A stretch of 64,000 nucleotides of DNA, from the sequence record PZ809289.1; one strand, given 5' to 3'. Source of the DNA: a phage. Position numbers and translations under genes: made by a program. Below are positions 34,922 through 44,580 of the stretch, in pieces; the first letter of the stretch is position 1; each line of letters opens with the position of its first letter. Under the pieces are notes generated by a model. The model searched no databases. It worked only from the letters and a program-made list of their open reading frames with translations, and was not told the DNA's origin.

Positions 34922-35055
34922 AAATAATTGTTTTATTTCTTATAATGGCTGCCTTTACCGTTTATTGGGCAGTGGCAATTCCGCCAATGATTCCGACACT
35001 CATCATTGGATGGATTATTCTTATAGCACAAATTAAGTATAACTGTTTTAATTGA
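34918..35055 (+). CDS. Hypothetical hydrophobic peptide (45 aa)
   Basis: MKIIVLFLIMAAFTVYWAVAIPPMIPTLIIGWIILIAQI...; ATGA coupling; below track cutoff. Confidence 0.35.
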   Translation: MKIIVLFLIMAAFTVYWAVAIPPMIPTLIIGWIILIAQIKYNCFN

Positions 35056-35062
35056 GGATATT

Positions 35063-35563
35063 ATGAAAAAGTTAATTATCGCAATGAGTATGCTCCTATC
35101 AGGTTGCGCGGTCCAATATGGTGATACAGTTTCGGCCGATGAAGTTGGTAAAGCTCGTATCGCAGCTGAACAGAAACAATTCGATGGCGAAATGAAATTC
35201 CGTGCAGGTTCTGGACTTGTGTACACCCGAGCTAATAATCAATGCGGTAATAACTGTGCAAAATATGCTCAACAAGAAATCGAATTCCAACGTGAACAAG
35301 AGTCCAAGCGTGAAGCGGTACTAGCCAAACACCAGGCAGAAATGAAGCGTCAAGATGATTTGTACAAAAAGCAGAAACTGTATGCGATGTGCGTAAACCA
35401 TATCAATCTACAGATTTCCATCCACGAGGCTCGTTATTACGAAATGCTCGAAACCGAGAGCTTCGGTAAAGCTCGTGATTATAAGAAACAAATCGATAAG
35501 CTCAAGACCAAAGTACCGGCGGCAATAGAACAGTGTATTGAAATCGGTAAAGATAAGATTTAA
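35063..35563 (+). CDS. Predicted lipoprotein with coiled-coil (166 aa)
   Basis: Lipobox LLSGC after signal sequence MKKLIIAMSM. Confidence 0.55.
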   Translation: MKKLIIAMSMLLSGCAVQYGDTVSADEVGKARIAAEQKQFDGEMKFRAGSGLVYTRANNQCGNNCAKYAQQEIEFQREQESKREAVLAKHQAEMKRQDDLYKKQKLYAMCVNHINLQISIHEARYYEMLETESFGKARDYKKQIDKLKTKVPAAIEQCIEIGKDKI

Positions 35564-35623
35564 GCAATACCAATTTATTAAAAATAGTGTATAATGTACC
35601 TACATTCACTTGAGGAACAGATA

Positions 35624-37297
35624 ATGAAAAAGGTTGTTATTTTAGGCGCGGGTCTTGGCTCACGGTTGTATCCAATTACCAACGAAATCCCGAAGGTACT
35701 GGTTAACTACAAACAACATACTGTATTAAAACATTTGTATGATTTGTATAGTAATCAATCAGATGAAATTATTCTGGTTATTCACAGCAAATTTAACGAC
35801 CTCGTTAAAGGCTATATTAAATCCATTAACATGATTAATAGTGATAAGCCTAAATTCACTATTCGTAACGTTGATGTTGCCAATGGTTCGGCTCATGCTA
35901 TCGATTGCATTGCTGAAGATATCATTGGGCACAATGTCTTGTTTAACTGGTGTGATATTATTCCTGAAGGTCATAAAGTTGAGTGGGATACCGACTACTG
36001 TTATACCTATGGGACCGACTGTCGTTTTACATTTGAAGAACCGTACTTGCGTGAAATTGGTACCGGTGGTGGCGTAGTTGGCTTGTATCAGGTGGCTAAT
36101 TGGACAGGTTTCGACCGTTCTAATTATGGTGAAGACCTTGCTGACAACCTGGATTCAATGGTCCATTTGACTGAACGTAAGTTAGACTTTGTAGTTGATG
36201 TTGGTGACAAACTGAAACTGGCTAAGGCCCATGAAGATTCTGAAATTAACCGTGAATTTAATAAATTAGAGTTCACTGAGAATCTAGCTATTAAAGTACC
36301 TACAAACGAATTAGGTAAAGAAATCCAATCTAAAGAAATCAATTGGTACAATTCTATTGATTCTGAATTCGTTCCTAGCATTGTAGACTTTGCTCCAGGT
36401 GAATTCATTAAAATGGAACGTATCTTTGGTCGAACCATGGCAGATGCCTACCGGTTTATGTCTAAAGAAACTAAAGTCCTAATGGTTTATAAGGTTATTA
36501 GTGCATTACGTTCGTTCGGTGGAACTATCGATAATCCGTCCGATGAGCAATGGTATTCTGATGTTAAGAAAGAAGTATTGGACAAGGTCCTTATTCGTAA
36601 TGCTTCTATTGCCGGATTGATTGAAGGCTTTGCTCCACAGGGTATTACCCATGTTAACGACTTCAAGGTAGGCGACCCAGAAAAACTTCTTCGTCACGCC
36701 TTAGAAATTCTGTCTGAACATAAAGAACCGTACCAACTTATTCATGGCGACCCGCACTACAGTAATATTATGTTGTCGGACGAAGGTAATATTAAAATCA
36801 TCGACCCACGTGGTTATTTTGGTAATAGTTCTAAAGGCCCTGCGATTTATGATGAAGCTAAGGTGCTTTATTCTATCGATGGTTATGACAAATTTAACTC
36901 TGACCCTCTATGGGGTGGCTTAACTCGTAACGGAACTCGTGTATTCGTTGATATTGAAAAGGTTATGCCTTTAGATGATATTCCGATGTGTACATTTAAG
37001 CACAAGCTCTGGATTGCTGTTATCTGGATGGCATTGGCAGGTTACTTTAAAAATAACCCTCTGAAAGCTCTGGGCGCTTATTACAATGGGCTATATCAAC
37101 TGAGTGTGCTGCTGAAGCGGCATCCTCGTAAGCGTAAGCTTATCACAGGTGAATTCGTTGATGAAGTTCGCGACCCTATCACGGCTCAAATTATCACTCG
37201 TTGTCCTGATAAGTGGGTTTTGCTTGACCAGGAAACTGGTGTAAAATATAAACCTACAGGTTCTACCGAACTCCACAAACAATGGAAGAAAATTTAA
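35624..37297 (+). CDS. Bifunctional sugar-phosphate nucleotidyltransferase / APH-choline-kinase-like kinase fusion (557 aa)
   Basis: N-terminus KVVILGAGLGSRLYPITNEIPKVLV = G-x-G-x-R-x-P...PK NDP-sugar pyrophosphorylase signature; C-terminus HGDPHYSNIM...IIDPRG = Brenner kinase motif; RBS GAGGAA; track ATG 35594 lies inside TATAAT. Confidence 0.65.
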   Translation: MKKVVILGAGLGSRLYPITNEIPKVLVNYKQHTVLKHLYDLYSNQSDEIILVIHSKFNDLVKGYIKSINMINSDKPKFTIRNVDVANGSAHAIDCIAEDIIGHNVLFNWCDIIPEGHKVEWDTDYCYTYGTDCRFTFEEPYLREIGTGGGVVGLYQVANWTGFDRSNYGEDLADNLDSMVHLTERKLDFVVDVGDKLKLAKAHEDSEINREFNKLEFTENLAIKVPTNELGKEIQSKEINWYNSIDSEFVPSIVDFAPGEFIKMERIFGRTMADAYRFMSKETKVLMVYKVISALRSFGGTIDNPSDEQWYSDVKKEVLDKVLIRNASIAGLIEGFAPQGITHVNDFKVGDPEKLLRHALEILSEHKEPYQLIHGDPHYSNIMLSDEGNIKIIDPRGYFGNSSKGPAIYDEAKVLYSIDGYDKFNSDPLWGGLTRNGTRVFVDIEKVMPLDDIPMCTFKHKLWIAVIWMALAGYFKNNPLKALGAYYNGLYQLSVLLKRHPRKRKLITGEFVDEVRDPITAQIITRCPDKWVLLDQETGVKYKPTGSTELHKQWKKI

Positions 37298-37656
37298 TGC
37301 ATCTGTGTTTTGATATCGATAATACCATTACTCACTGGCAAGATGACCGTGATTACGAAAACTTTAAACCGGACACCGAAATGGTGTCCATGATTAATAA
37401 GCTTTATGATGAAGGGTACGAGATTACCTTGTTCACTGCCCGTGGTATGACTTCATGCGGCCCGGGTCGAATCTTGGTTGAAGTAGTTCCTGCATTAGTT
37501 AAGAACCTTGAAAAGATTGGATTGAAATATCACAATCTGCTTACACATAAGCCGAGTTATACTTTTATCATCGATGACCGAGCAATCCGTCCTGACCACT
37601 TTAAAGAAATGGTTCGTGAAGGAACTCTTGAAACCTATAAGGCATATCATCCGTGA
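37297..37656 (+). CDS. HAD-superfamily phosphatase (119 aa)
   Basis: Motif I FDIDNTIT (DxDxT), later T, K and IIDDR motifs; TAATG coupling. Confidence 0.6.
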   Translation: MHLCFDIDNTITHWQDDRDYENFKPDTEMVSMINKLYDEGYEITLFTARGMTSCGPGRILVEVVPALVKNLEKIGLKYHNLLTHKPSYTFIIDDRAIRPDHFKEMVREGTLETYKAYHP

Positions 37657-38189
37657 AACCAAAAATCATTGTTATCGACGGCCCGGATAATTCCGGGAAG
37701 TCTACTTTAATTGAATCACTTTTATCTGATAAGAAATATCGTCTTATTGATTTCCCTAAAAAGATTAATGGCAAATGCATTTCATTAGGGACTGATAATG
37801 ACAAGGCTTTAGTCGAGACGTTGTATAAGTTTTTAGACCCTAATTTTGTCTACATCTTAGACCGTGGGTATCCTAGTAATATTGTTTACTCTGGATTCCT
37901 TCGTGGTGAAATGGACCCTTATGTAGAACTGGAAGATTGGAAAGGGTTTAAATCTGAATTCAATATTATTGAGGTTATTTTAACCCGTAATCCACTGGAT
38001 AAAGACTTTGAAGATGACCTTATTAAATTAACCAAAGACGAGTTCAACCTAACTATCCGGCAATATGAAACATGTTTTGAAAACGTGTTTAAAATCTTAA
38101 ATCACGACGGCCATAATAACTTGCTTAACGTCGATATGGTAGAATTAAAACGTCTGAATGAATATATTGAAAATAAGGTGAATAAATGA
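37653..38189 (+). CDS. P-loop nucleoside/nucleotide kinase-like protein (178 aa)
   Basis: IVIDGPDNSGKSTL Walker A at residues 6-19, dTMP/dNK-kinase-like; GTG start overlapping upstream stop. Confidence 0.6.
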   Translation: MKPKIIVIDGPDNSGKSTLIESLLSDKKYRLIDFPKKINGKCISLGTDNDKALVETLYKFLDPNFVYILDRGYPSNIVYSGFLRGEMDPYVELEDWKGFKSEFNIIEVILTRNPLDKDFEDDLIKLTKDEFNLTIRQYETCFENVFKILNHDGHNNLLNVDMVELKRLNEYIENKVNK

Positions 38190-38884
38190 AACACATTACC
38201 GCTGTTAGTTTTGAAAACGCGTTTAAGCAAATGAACGAAGAAATCCTGGAAGCCCCACAGTTTGCAGTTGATTCTCGTATCGGCCGTTGTTATGAAATTG
38301 GTTCTGCTTCGGTAGAAGTACTGGATGCAAGCACCTATAAATTCACCGACCCTCGTATTAATCGTATCAACTATGATTATGCCGAATCTTTCTGGAAGTT
38401 TATGATTTCTGGTGGTACTGACGCCGCCGAAGCATTTAAGGAATACCCTAATGTTGCTAAGTTCATTGATAAGCCGAAAAGTGACGTATTGCCTGCAAAC
38501 TTCAACACTTTCTATGGACCTAGAATTGTGGCCCAACTCCCAGCCTTACTTAAAGAGCTTAAAGAGAAGCCTAACTCAAGACGAGTTGTGTTCCAAATTC
38601 TCCAAGAACAAGACCAAGCCCTCCTTGATTCTGACGAATCCTTAGAATATCCATGTACTGATTCAGTGACATATTATATTCGTGATGGACGTCTTTATGC
38701 ACATACCCATATGCGTTCACAGAACTGTGCTATTGTTATGCAGCTGGATTTCTATCTGCAGGGTAAACTGATGGCCTTTATTGCTGAACAGTGTGGTGTT
38801 GGTCTGGGTACGTATTCCCATACTATGGTTAGTGCACACGTATTTGAACGTGATTTTGACTACGTTCGAGGATTCCTGAAATGA
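38186..38884 (+). CDS. 42: dCMP hydroxymethylase-like enzyme (thymidylate-synthase fold)
   Basis: NSRRVVFQ..., YPCTDSVTYYIRD (catalytic Cys), HMRSQNCAIVMQLDF (Asp at the cytosine-specifying position) align with T4 gp42 MCTNTVQYLIRD...MRSNDVVFGFRND. Confidence 0.7.
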   Translation: MKHITAVSFENAFKQMNEEILEAPQFAVDSRIGRCYEIGSASVEVLDASTYKFTDPRINRINYDYAESFWKFMISGGTDAAEAFKEYPNVAKFIDKPKSDVLPANFNTFYGPRIVAQLPALLKELKEKPNSRRVVFQILQEQDQALLDSDESLEYPCTDSVTYYIRDGRLYAHTHMRSQNCAIVMQLDFYLQGKLMAFIAEQCGVGLGTYSHTMVSAHVFERDFDYVRGFLK

Positions 38885-39774
38885 GTTTGTTTATCGTTCC
38901 TATTTTCAGTATGCGTAGTTACGAAACAGGTGAATATGCCGTCCTTAAGGACGGCAATTTTCAACTCCATTTAAACCGTGCTTGCCCAGGTGATTATCTG
39001 GCTTATCCTAGAAATTCGAGCGATATCAAAGAATGCATTGAATTATTTCCTGAACTGAATTTTGTACCTCTTTGGTATAAAGAAAATGCTTATGAAACTC
39101 GTAAACATTTTTGGTCTGAAAATGAGTTCGTTGTTGATTCGTTAATCGAATACTATGACTGCTCAGGATTGGTAACCGATATCACAGGTTATGATGGTGC
39201 TCATACCGTACAATTCAACTTTAACATTACAATGGACCCTGAAGTTCCTCGTTATTACATCGATGAGTTTATTGATACCGACGTGGGTTCAGTTGAACGT
39301 TCGATTTATACTACAGTCTTGAATCAATGTCAGAAAGACGTCCTGGTGTCACGAGGTGCGTCCTCTGATAAGATTTTTGTAGACCAAAAGGTAATTAATC
39401 CGGCAGTAATTGAGCGTTACTCTGAAGGTCTAGCGCCTATTAAAATTGATGGTATTTTCCATCCATTCCGTATCTCTGATAAATGTTATCAATTCGAAAG
39501 AGTTGTAGACCAAGCTGCGGCTGAAGGTTCTCGCCTTTATATCACCGATCCGAATGATTCATTTAAGCGTGAAGACTATCGTCCTGATGTAGAGATTATT
39601 AAATTCAAACCGAGTAAGGTTGAATATTATCAGATTCTGAAATCAAGACCTCATATCATTTATCATGAGAATCCCGGTTTAGTATTCCATCCTGGTCTGG
39701 CTGAATTCATTTATTTCGGTGCCCACATCCATTCTGAGCACGAAATGCCAAGTTATGAGGACGTGGTCCTTTAA
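38881..39774 (+). CDS. Unassigned 297-aa protein in the beta-glucosyltransferase slot (candidate DNA-modifying transferase)
   Basis: ATGA coupling to hydroxymethylase gene; lies between 42 and uvsX; no similarity to T4 beta-gt recognised by eye. Confidence 0.5.
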   Translation: MSLFIVPIFSMRSYETGEYAVLKDGNFQLHLNRACPGDYLAYPRNSSDIKECIELFPELNFVPLWYKENAYETRKHFWSENEFVVDSLIEYYDCSGLVTDITGYDGAHTVQFNFNITMDPEVPRYYIDEFIDTDVGSVERSIYTTVLNQCQKDVLVSRGASSDKIFVDQKVINPAVIERYSEGLAPIKIDGIFHPFRISDKCYQFERVVDQAAAEGSRLYITDPNDSFKREDYRPDVEIIKFKPSKVEYYQILKSRPHIIYHENPGLVFHPGLAEFIYFGAHIHSEHEMPSYEDVVL

Positions 39775-39851
39775 CGCTGTAAATGTGAAGTGATATAATT
39801 ACCCTATCTTAAAACGTGAGTAAAATATAATGATGCCTATGGAAAAATATA

Positions 39852-41024
39852 ATGTCTGATTTAAAATCCCGTTTGATTAAAGCTTCTACTTCTAAAATGA
39901 CCGCCGACCTGACCAAATCTAAATTGTTTAATGGTCGTGACGAAGTTCCTACTCGTATCCCTATGCTGAATATTGCATTGGGCGGTGCGTTGAATGCAGG
40001 CTTACAATCAGGTTTGACAATCTTTGCTGCTCCATCTAAACACTTTAAAACGTTGTTTGGACTTACCATGGTTGCGGCATATATGAAGAAATATCCAGAC
40101 GCAATTTGTTTGTTCTATGACTCTGAGTTTGGTGCTTCAGAATCTTATTTCCGTTCGATGGGTGTTGATTTGGAACGTGTGGTTCATACACCAATCCAGT
40201 CAGTCGAACAGCTTAAAGTTGATATGACCAACCAGTTAGAAGAAATTACTCGTGGCGAAAAGGTTATTATCTTTATCGACTCCATTGGTAACACTGCTTC
40301 TAAGAAAGAAACCGAAGATGCTTTGAACGAGAAAGTTGTAGGTGATATGACCCGTGCTAAGTCACTGAAATCTCTGTTCCGTATCGTAACACCTTATCTG
40401 ACTATCAAAGATATCCCTTGTGTAGCAATCAACCACACGGCTATGGAAATTGGTGGAATGTACCCTAAAGAGATTATGGGTGGTGGTACTGGTATTCTGT
40501 ACTCTGCTTCTACCGTGTTCTTTATCTCTAAACGTCAGGTTAAAGATGGTACTGAGCTCACTGGTTATGACTTCACACTGAAGGCCGAGAAATCTCGTAC
40601 GGTTAAAGAGAAATCAACGTTCCCGATTACAGTGAACTTCGAAGGTGGTATCGACCCATTCAGTGGATTGCTTGAAATGGCTACTGATATTGGCTTTGTC
40701 GTGAAACCTAAAGCTGGCTGGTATAATCGTGCATTCCTTGACGAAACCACAGGCGAAATGGTTCAAGAAGAAAAAGCATGGCGTGCTAAAGCTACCGATT
40801 GTGTCGAGTTCTGGGGACCGCTGTTTAAACATGCCCCGTTCCGTGAAGCAATCGAGAATAAGTATAAGCTCGGTGCAATTAATTCTATTAAAGAAGTTGA
40901 CGATGCAGTGAACGACCTTATTAACTCTCGTGTCTCTAAGAACGTTGCTGTTAAATTAGGTGGTAATGCCCAAAGCGCCGCTGATATCGAAAACGATTTG
41001 GAAGAGATGAATTTAGATGACTGA
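39852..41024 (+). CDS. uvsX: Recombinase UvsX (RecA-like)
   Basis: 390 aa; RecA core with Walker A; collinear with T4 UvsX. Confidence 0.9.
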   Translation: MSDLKSRLIKASTSKMTADLTKSKLFNGRDEVPTRIPMLNIALGGALNAGLQSGLTIFAAPSKHFKTLFGLTMVAAYMKKYPDAICLFYDSEFGASESYFRSMGVDLERVVHTPIQSVEQLKVDMTNQLEEITRGEKVIIFIDSIGNTASKKETEDALNEKVVGDMTRAKSLKSLFRIVTPYLTIKDIPCVAINHTAMEIGGMYPKEIMGGGTGILYSASTVFFISKRQVKDGTELTGYDFTLKAEKSRTVKEKSTFPITVNFEGGIDPFSGLLEMATDIGFVVKPKAGWYNRAFLDETTGEMVQEEKAWRAKATDCVEFWGPLFKHAPFREAIENKYKLGAINSIKEVDDAVNDLINSRVSKNVAVKLGGNAQSAADIENDLEEMNLDD

Positions 41025-41346
41025 TTTATCTGATTTAGATAATTTCGTTAAAGATACCGAAGAGGGTCCTAGTGACCCTCGTTATTATGAGAAATCATTA
41101 GATATAATCCGTAAGTCAATGGGTTCTGTTAAGCAGGAAATTATGCTTACTTTACCCGATGGCACTGCTCACATCGTTTATGTGATGAATATTGTTATTG
41201 AGAAAGATGGAAAAGTGTCGGTTGATTTCGGAACACCTTCCGAAGACCGAAAAGAAGAGCTGGCGCTTCATGTAGAAAAATGTGTTACAATGCAAATACA
41301 AGAAGAACTGGATAAAATTAAATCTAAGAGGTGGTGGAAGTGGTAG
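41017..41346 (+). CDS. 40: gp40 head-vertex assembly chaperone-like protein (109 aa)
   Basis: Position between uvsX and 41; overlaps both neighbours. Confidence 0.7.
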   Translation: MTDLSDLDNFVKDTEEGPSDPRYYEKSLDIIRKSMGSVKQEIMLTLPDGTAHIVYVMNIVIEKDGKVSVDFGTPSEDRKEELALHVEKCVTMQIQEELDKIKSKRWWKW

Positions 41347-42770
41347 AAACTATTTTGGCTCAACTGCTAGGCAATAGTGATTATTTCACTAAGGTCTGGC
41401 CTTATATGAATGATTCTTATTTTGACCAGGGTCCTGCAAAGACCCTTTTCAAAGAAATTAAAAAACATGTCAATGAATATAATGCAGTGCCTTCTAAGAA
41501 CGCATTGAGCATTGCATTAGATAACAGTACGCTTTCAGAAGTTGAACACCAAGGCGCTAAAGAGCTTTTAAGTTCGCTGAATGCCGGACCTGAAGACCAA
41601 GAATGGTTGGTTAAAGAGACGGAGAAATACGTTCAGAAAGCAGCGATGTATAATGCAACTTCAAAAATCATTGAAATCCAAACTAATGCCGACCTTCCGG
41701 TTGAGCAACAAAATAGAAAACTTCCAGGTATTGGTGCTATTCCAGATATCATGCGTGATGCATTATCGATTTGTTTCGATTCTGAATTAGGTCATGACTG
41801 GATGGATGACTATGAAGAACGATTCAAAAGTTATTCTGATAAAGCACGTAAGGTTCCATTCCGTCTTAATATTCTGAATAAGATTACCAAGGGTGGTGCT
41901 GAGTTTGGTACTGAAAACGTATTGTTGGCAGGAACAAACGTAGGTAAGTCTCTTGGTCTTTGTTCATTGGCTGCTGATTACCTTCAATCTGGTTACGATG
42001 TTCTTTATATCTCCATGGAGATGGCAGAGGAAGTATGTGCTAAGCGTATCGATGCCAACCTTCTGGACGTGTCGCTGGATGATATCGATGATGGTCACGT
42101 CTCGTGGCCTGAATATAAAGCTAAGATGGATAAATGGCGTTCAACTGCTACTTTAGGTCGTTTAAAGATTAAACAGTATCCTACTGGCGGTGCTAATGCC
42201 GATACATTCCGTGCATTATTAAACGAATACAAGCTCAAACAAAACTTTGTCCCTCAGGTTGTTATCGTTGACTACTTGGCTATCTGTGCATCGTCTCGTA
42301 CGAAAGTTTTCTCTGAAAACAGTTACGGATTGATTAAGATGGTCGCCGAAGAACTACGTGGACTTGCAGTAGAGAAGAAATTATTGCTGTGGACAGCAGC
42401 CCAGACTACTCGTGGTGCGAACGTTGCAGCCGAAATCGATATGGCCGATATTGCTGAATCCTTTGGTATTGCACATACTGCAGACTTCATGTTAGGTGTG
42501 GTCGAGACAGAAGAATTTGCTCAAATGGGTATGCAGATGGTTAAGCAGCTTAAATCTCGTTATGGTGATAAGAGCTACTACAACAAATTTAAGATTGGTG
42601 TTAAGAAAGGAAATCAACGTTGGTATGAAGTTGAAGACGATTCCAACCCAGGTCCAGTGAACACGGTACGTGAGGCTACAGGTGAGATGAATCGCCAAGC
42701 CGAGGTCAATCGACAGACGCGTGTTAATAGAAGTGATTTGGACGATTTAGCAGCATCTATCAAATTTTAA
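41331..42770 (+). CDS. 41: Replicative DNA helicase gp41 (DnaB-like)
   Basis: GTG start; MVEVVETILAQLLGNSDYFTKVWPYM... and LAGTNVGKSLGLCSLAADYLQSGYDVLYISMEMAEEVCAKRIDANLLDVSLDDIDDGH match T4 gp41. Confidence 0.95.
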   Translation: MVEVVETILAQLLGNSDYFTKVWPYMNDSYFDQGPAKTLFKEIKKHVNEYNAVPSKNALSIALDNSTLSEVEHQGAKELLSSLNAGPEDQEWLVKETEKYVQKAAMYNATSKIIEIQTNADLPVEQQNRKLPGIGAIPDIMRDALSICFDSELGHDWMDDYEERFKSYSDKARKVPFRLNILNKITKGGAEFGTENVLLAGTNVGKSLGLCSLAADYLQSGYDVLYISMEMAEEVCAKRIDANLLDVSLDDIDDGHVSWPEYKAKMDKWRSTATLGRLKIKQYPTGGANADTFRALLNEYKLKQNFVPQVVIVDYLAICASSRTKVFSENSYGLIKMVAEELRGLAVEKKLLLWTAAQTTRGANVAAEIDMADIAESFGIAHTADFMLGVVETEEFAQMGMQMVKQLKSRYGDKSYYNKFKIGVKKGNQRWYEVEDDSNPGPVNTVREATGEMNRQAEVNRQTRVNRSDLDDLAASIKF

Positions 42771-42790
42771 GGAGCTTCGGCTCCTTTTTT
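42771..42790 (+). terminator. Rho-independent terminator (GGAGC-UUCG-GCUCC-U6)
   Basis: Immediately after gene 41 stop. Confidence 0.8.
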
Positions 42791-42800
42791 GTTTTTAAGG

Positions 42801-42829
42801 GTTTACATCTCCTGTAGGTGTGATACTAT
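42801..42829 (+). promoter_or_regulatory. Early promoter with stem-loop (PeSL-like)
   Basis: GTTTAC 42801-42806, TACTAT 42824-42829, GACCTATCAAC box. Confidence 0.6.
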
Positions 42830-42853
42830 AGACCTATCAACTTGGAGAACAAA

Positions 42854-43171
42854 ATGAAAACCATCGACTGTAAAGCAGAATATAAAGTGTATTATCACGG
42901 AAGTTGTAGTGTTGCTAATATCGGTAATATGCTTTGTCCTCCTGAGGAGACAGGAGTTCTGTCTGAAACTGGTCGTAAGAAAAACCTAAATCGTGTGTTC
43001 TTTACTGAAGATATTGGTTTGGCTAAGATTTATGCTGGACGTGCAGCTCGTTCAGTGGGAGGAGAACCCCGTCTTTATCGTGTAATTGCTCCGGTAGATG
43101 TGGTTTGTTTAAATGATACTAAAGGCGCTACGGTTTATCATGCTGAATGGGCCTTCTGTGAGGAAATCTAA
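42854..43171 (+). CDS. Hypothetical protein (105 aa)
   Basis: RBS GGAG; track start is TTG 42842. Confidence 0.5.
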   Translation: MKTIDCKAEYKVYYHGSCSVANIGNMLCPPEETGVLSETGRKKNLNRVFFTEDIGLAKIYAGRAARSVGGEPRLYRVIAPVDVVCLNDTKGATVYHAEWAFCEEI

Positions 43172-43366
43172 ATGTCCAAATTGACTACGGTAAAATTTGT
43201 ATGCTGTTTTAATAATGATGATACCACTACCAAAGAAGCTTCAGTACCTGAAAATGATATTGTGTGGGTGGCTACTCAATTCGCTGAAGTCAATAACATT
43301 CTAGTCAAGGCCTATGTTGATGGCGTAGAAGTTTATGAACATGATGCACGTATTAAGGAAATCTAA
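43172..43366 (+). CDS. Hypothetical protein (64 aa), tandem paralog 1
   Basis: Shares ...QFAEVNNILVKAYVDG...E.D.R with the next ORF. Confidence 0.5.
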   Translation: MSKLTTVKFVCCFNNDDTTTKEASVPENDIVWVATQFAEVNNILVKAYVDGVEVYEHDARIKEI

Positions 43367-43570
43367 ATGCCTAAATTAGAGAAAGTAGTGTTTATTGGTT
43401 GGTTTGAAAATGGTAATATGTTTACCAAAGAAACCGTTCTAGATGTTAGTGACCAAAATATGATTGAATGGGTTACAGTGCAGTATGCAGAAGTGAATAA
43501 TGCGCTGGTGAAAGCCTTTGTTGATGACAATAAAGTTTTTGAGTGTGATTATCGTTCTAACGAAAAATAA
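43367..43570 (+). CDS. Hypothetical protein (67 aa), tandem paralog 2
   Basis: ...QYAEVNNALVKAFVDD...ECDYR; same architecture as 43172 ORF. Confidence 0.5.
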   Translation: MPKLEKVVFIGWFENGNMFTKETVLDVSDQNMIEWVTVQYAEVNNALVKAFVDDNKVFECDYRSNEK

Positions 43571-43572
43571 CA

Positions 43573-43601
43573 GTTTACATCAAAGGGGTAATGTAGTATA
43601 T
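43573..43601 (+). promoter_or_regulatory. Early promoter variant with hairpin (PeSL-like)
   Basis: GTTTAC 43573-43578; 8-bp inverted repeat GGGGTAAT/ATTACCCC across the -10; CCTATCAAC box. Confidence 0.5.
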
Positions 43602-43630
43602 TACCCCTATCAACTACCGAGGAGAACATT

Positions 43631-43924
43631 ATGAAAAAGTTATTAATCGCAGCAATCCTTACAGTAGCATCATGTGGCACAGCTCCAGTTACGGCTGGAT
43701 TGGATAAAGACCTTTGTGAATGGTCTATGACTGCAGACCAAGAATCGGTTGAACATCAGATTTATGCCGATATCATGAACATCACTAAACGCGACCGCCC
43801 TGATATGGCTAAAGAAGTGTCAGACCAATTAGCTTCAGGTGGTGTTATGCAATATAACCGGAATTTGTATTGTGATGCCAATTTCGATAACAAAAATATC
43901 GTTAAAGAGGTGACAGGTGAATAA
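43631..43924 (+). CDS. Predicted lipoprotein (97 aa)
   Basis: Signal sequence MKKLLIAAILTVASCG with lipobox; RBS GAGGAG. Confidence 0.55.
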   Translation: MKKLLIAAILTVASCGTAPVTAGLDKDLCEWSMTADQESVEHQIYADIMNITKRDRPDMAKEVSDQLASGGVMQYNRNLYCDANFDNKNIVKEVTGE

Positions 43925-44357
43925 GATTAACAGAAATTTAGTTATCAAAAAACTTCGTTGTAAAAATCCAAATGCACAAGCATACAGGATGTTTTGGAGC
44001 GACGACCACCAATACCTGGGTTATTTTCTTGTTGATAGCGATGATCGAATTACAATGGCTCATAAACTTCTTAACAGAGAATTAAACCATTGGCAAGAAC
44101 TTATCGCGGTGAGGTCTAAATTATTTTCGTGCAATACAATGCACCAATTGGTTTATTTTTTCGCTGAAGGTATTCCTGACAAGGTTGAGTTTGATGGATT
44201 CGAATTTAAAGACATCCTCCCAGACAACGAATTGAACGACCGCGTTAATATGGACATCCCTAGCAAGTATATCAAAAACAGTCTGTTGAAAATTCTGGAA
44301 GCTCCGGTTTATTCAATAGATGACCAGATTTTTAATGCCTTTATGAATCGAGGTTAA
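43917..44357 (+). CDS. Hypothetical protein (146 aa, GTG start; first ATG at 43989)
   Basis: RBS AAAGAGG before GTG. Confidence 0.45.
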   Translation: MNKINRNLVIKKLRCKNPNAQAYRMFWSDDHQYLGYFLVDSDDRITMAHKLLNRELNHWQELIAVRSKLFSCNTMHQLVYFFAEGIPDKVEFDGFEFKDILPDNELNDRVNMDIPSKYIKNSLLKILEAPVYSIDDQIFNAFMNRG

Positions 44358-44358
44358 T

Positions 44359-44580
44359 ATGTTTGTCTTAACTCAATTCTCTAAAGCGGTGTATAGTTAC
44401 TCTTGTCAGTGGGAAGTCTTTATCGATTCTCCTTCACCTAAGTATGGTGTTTTTGGACGAGTAACTACTCAAGCTTATGTCGCACGGCCGACTAAGCGCC
44501 AGCTTCGTAAACTTAAAAAGGCCCATCGCCAACTGATTGAGAGAAGGGAACAATATGAGTGCAATGTGTACGGGCTCTAA
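44359..44580 (+). CDS. Hypothetical basic protein (73 aa)
   Basis: RBS GAGG. Confidence 0.5.
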   Translation: MFVLTQFSKAVYSYSCQWEVFIDSPSPKYGVFGRVTTQAYVARPTKRQLRKLKKAHRQLIERREQYECNVYGL

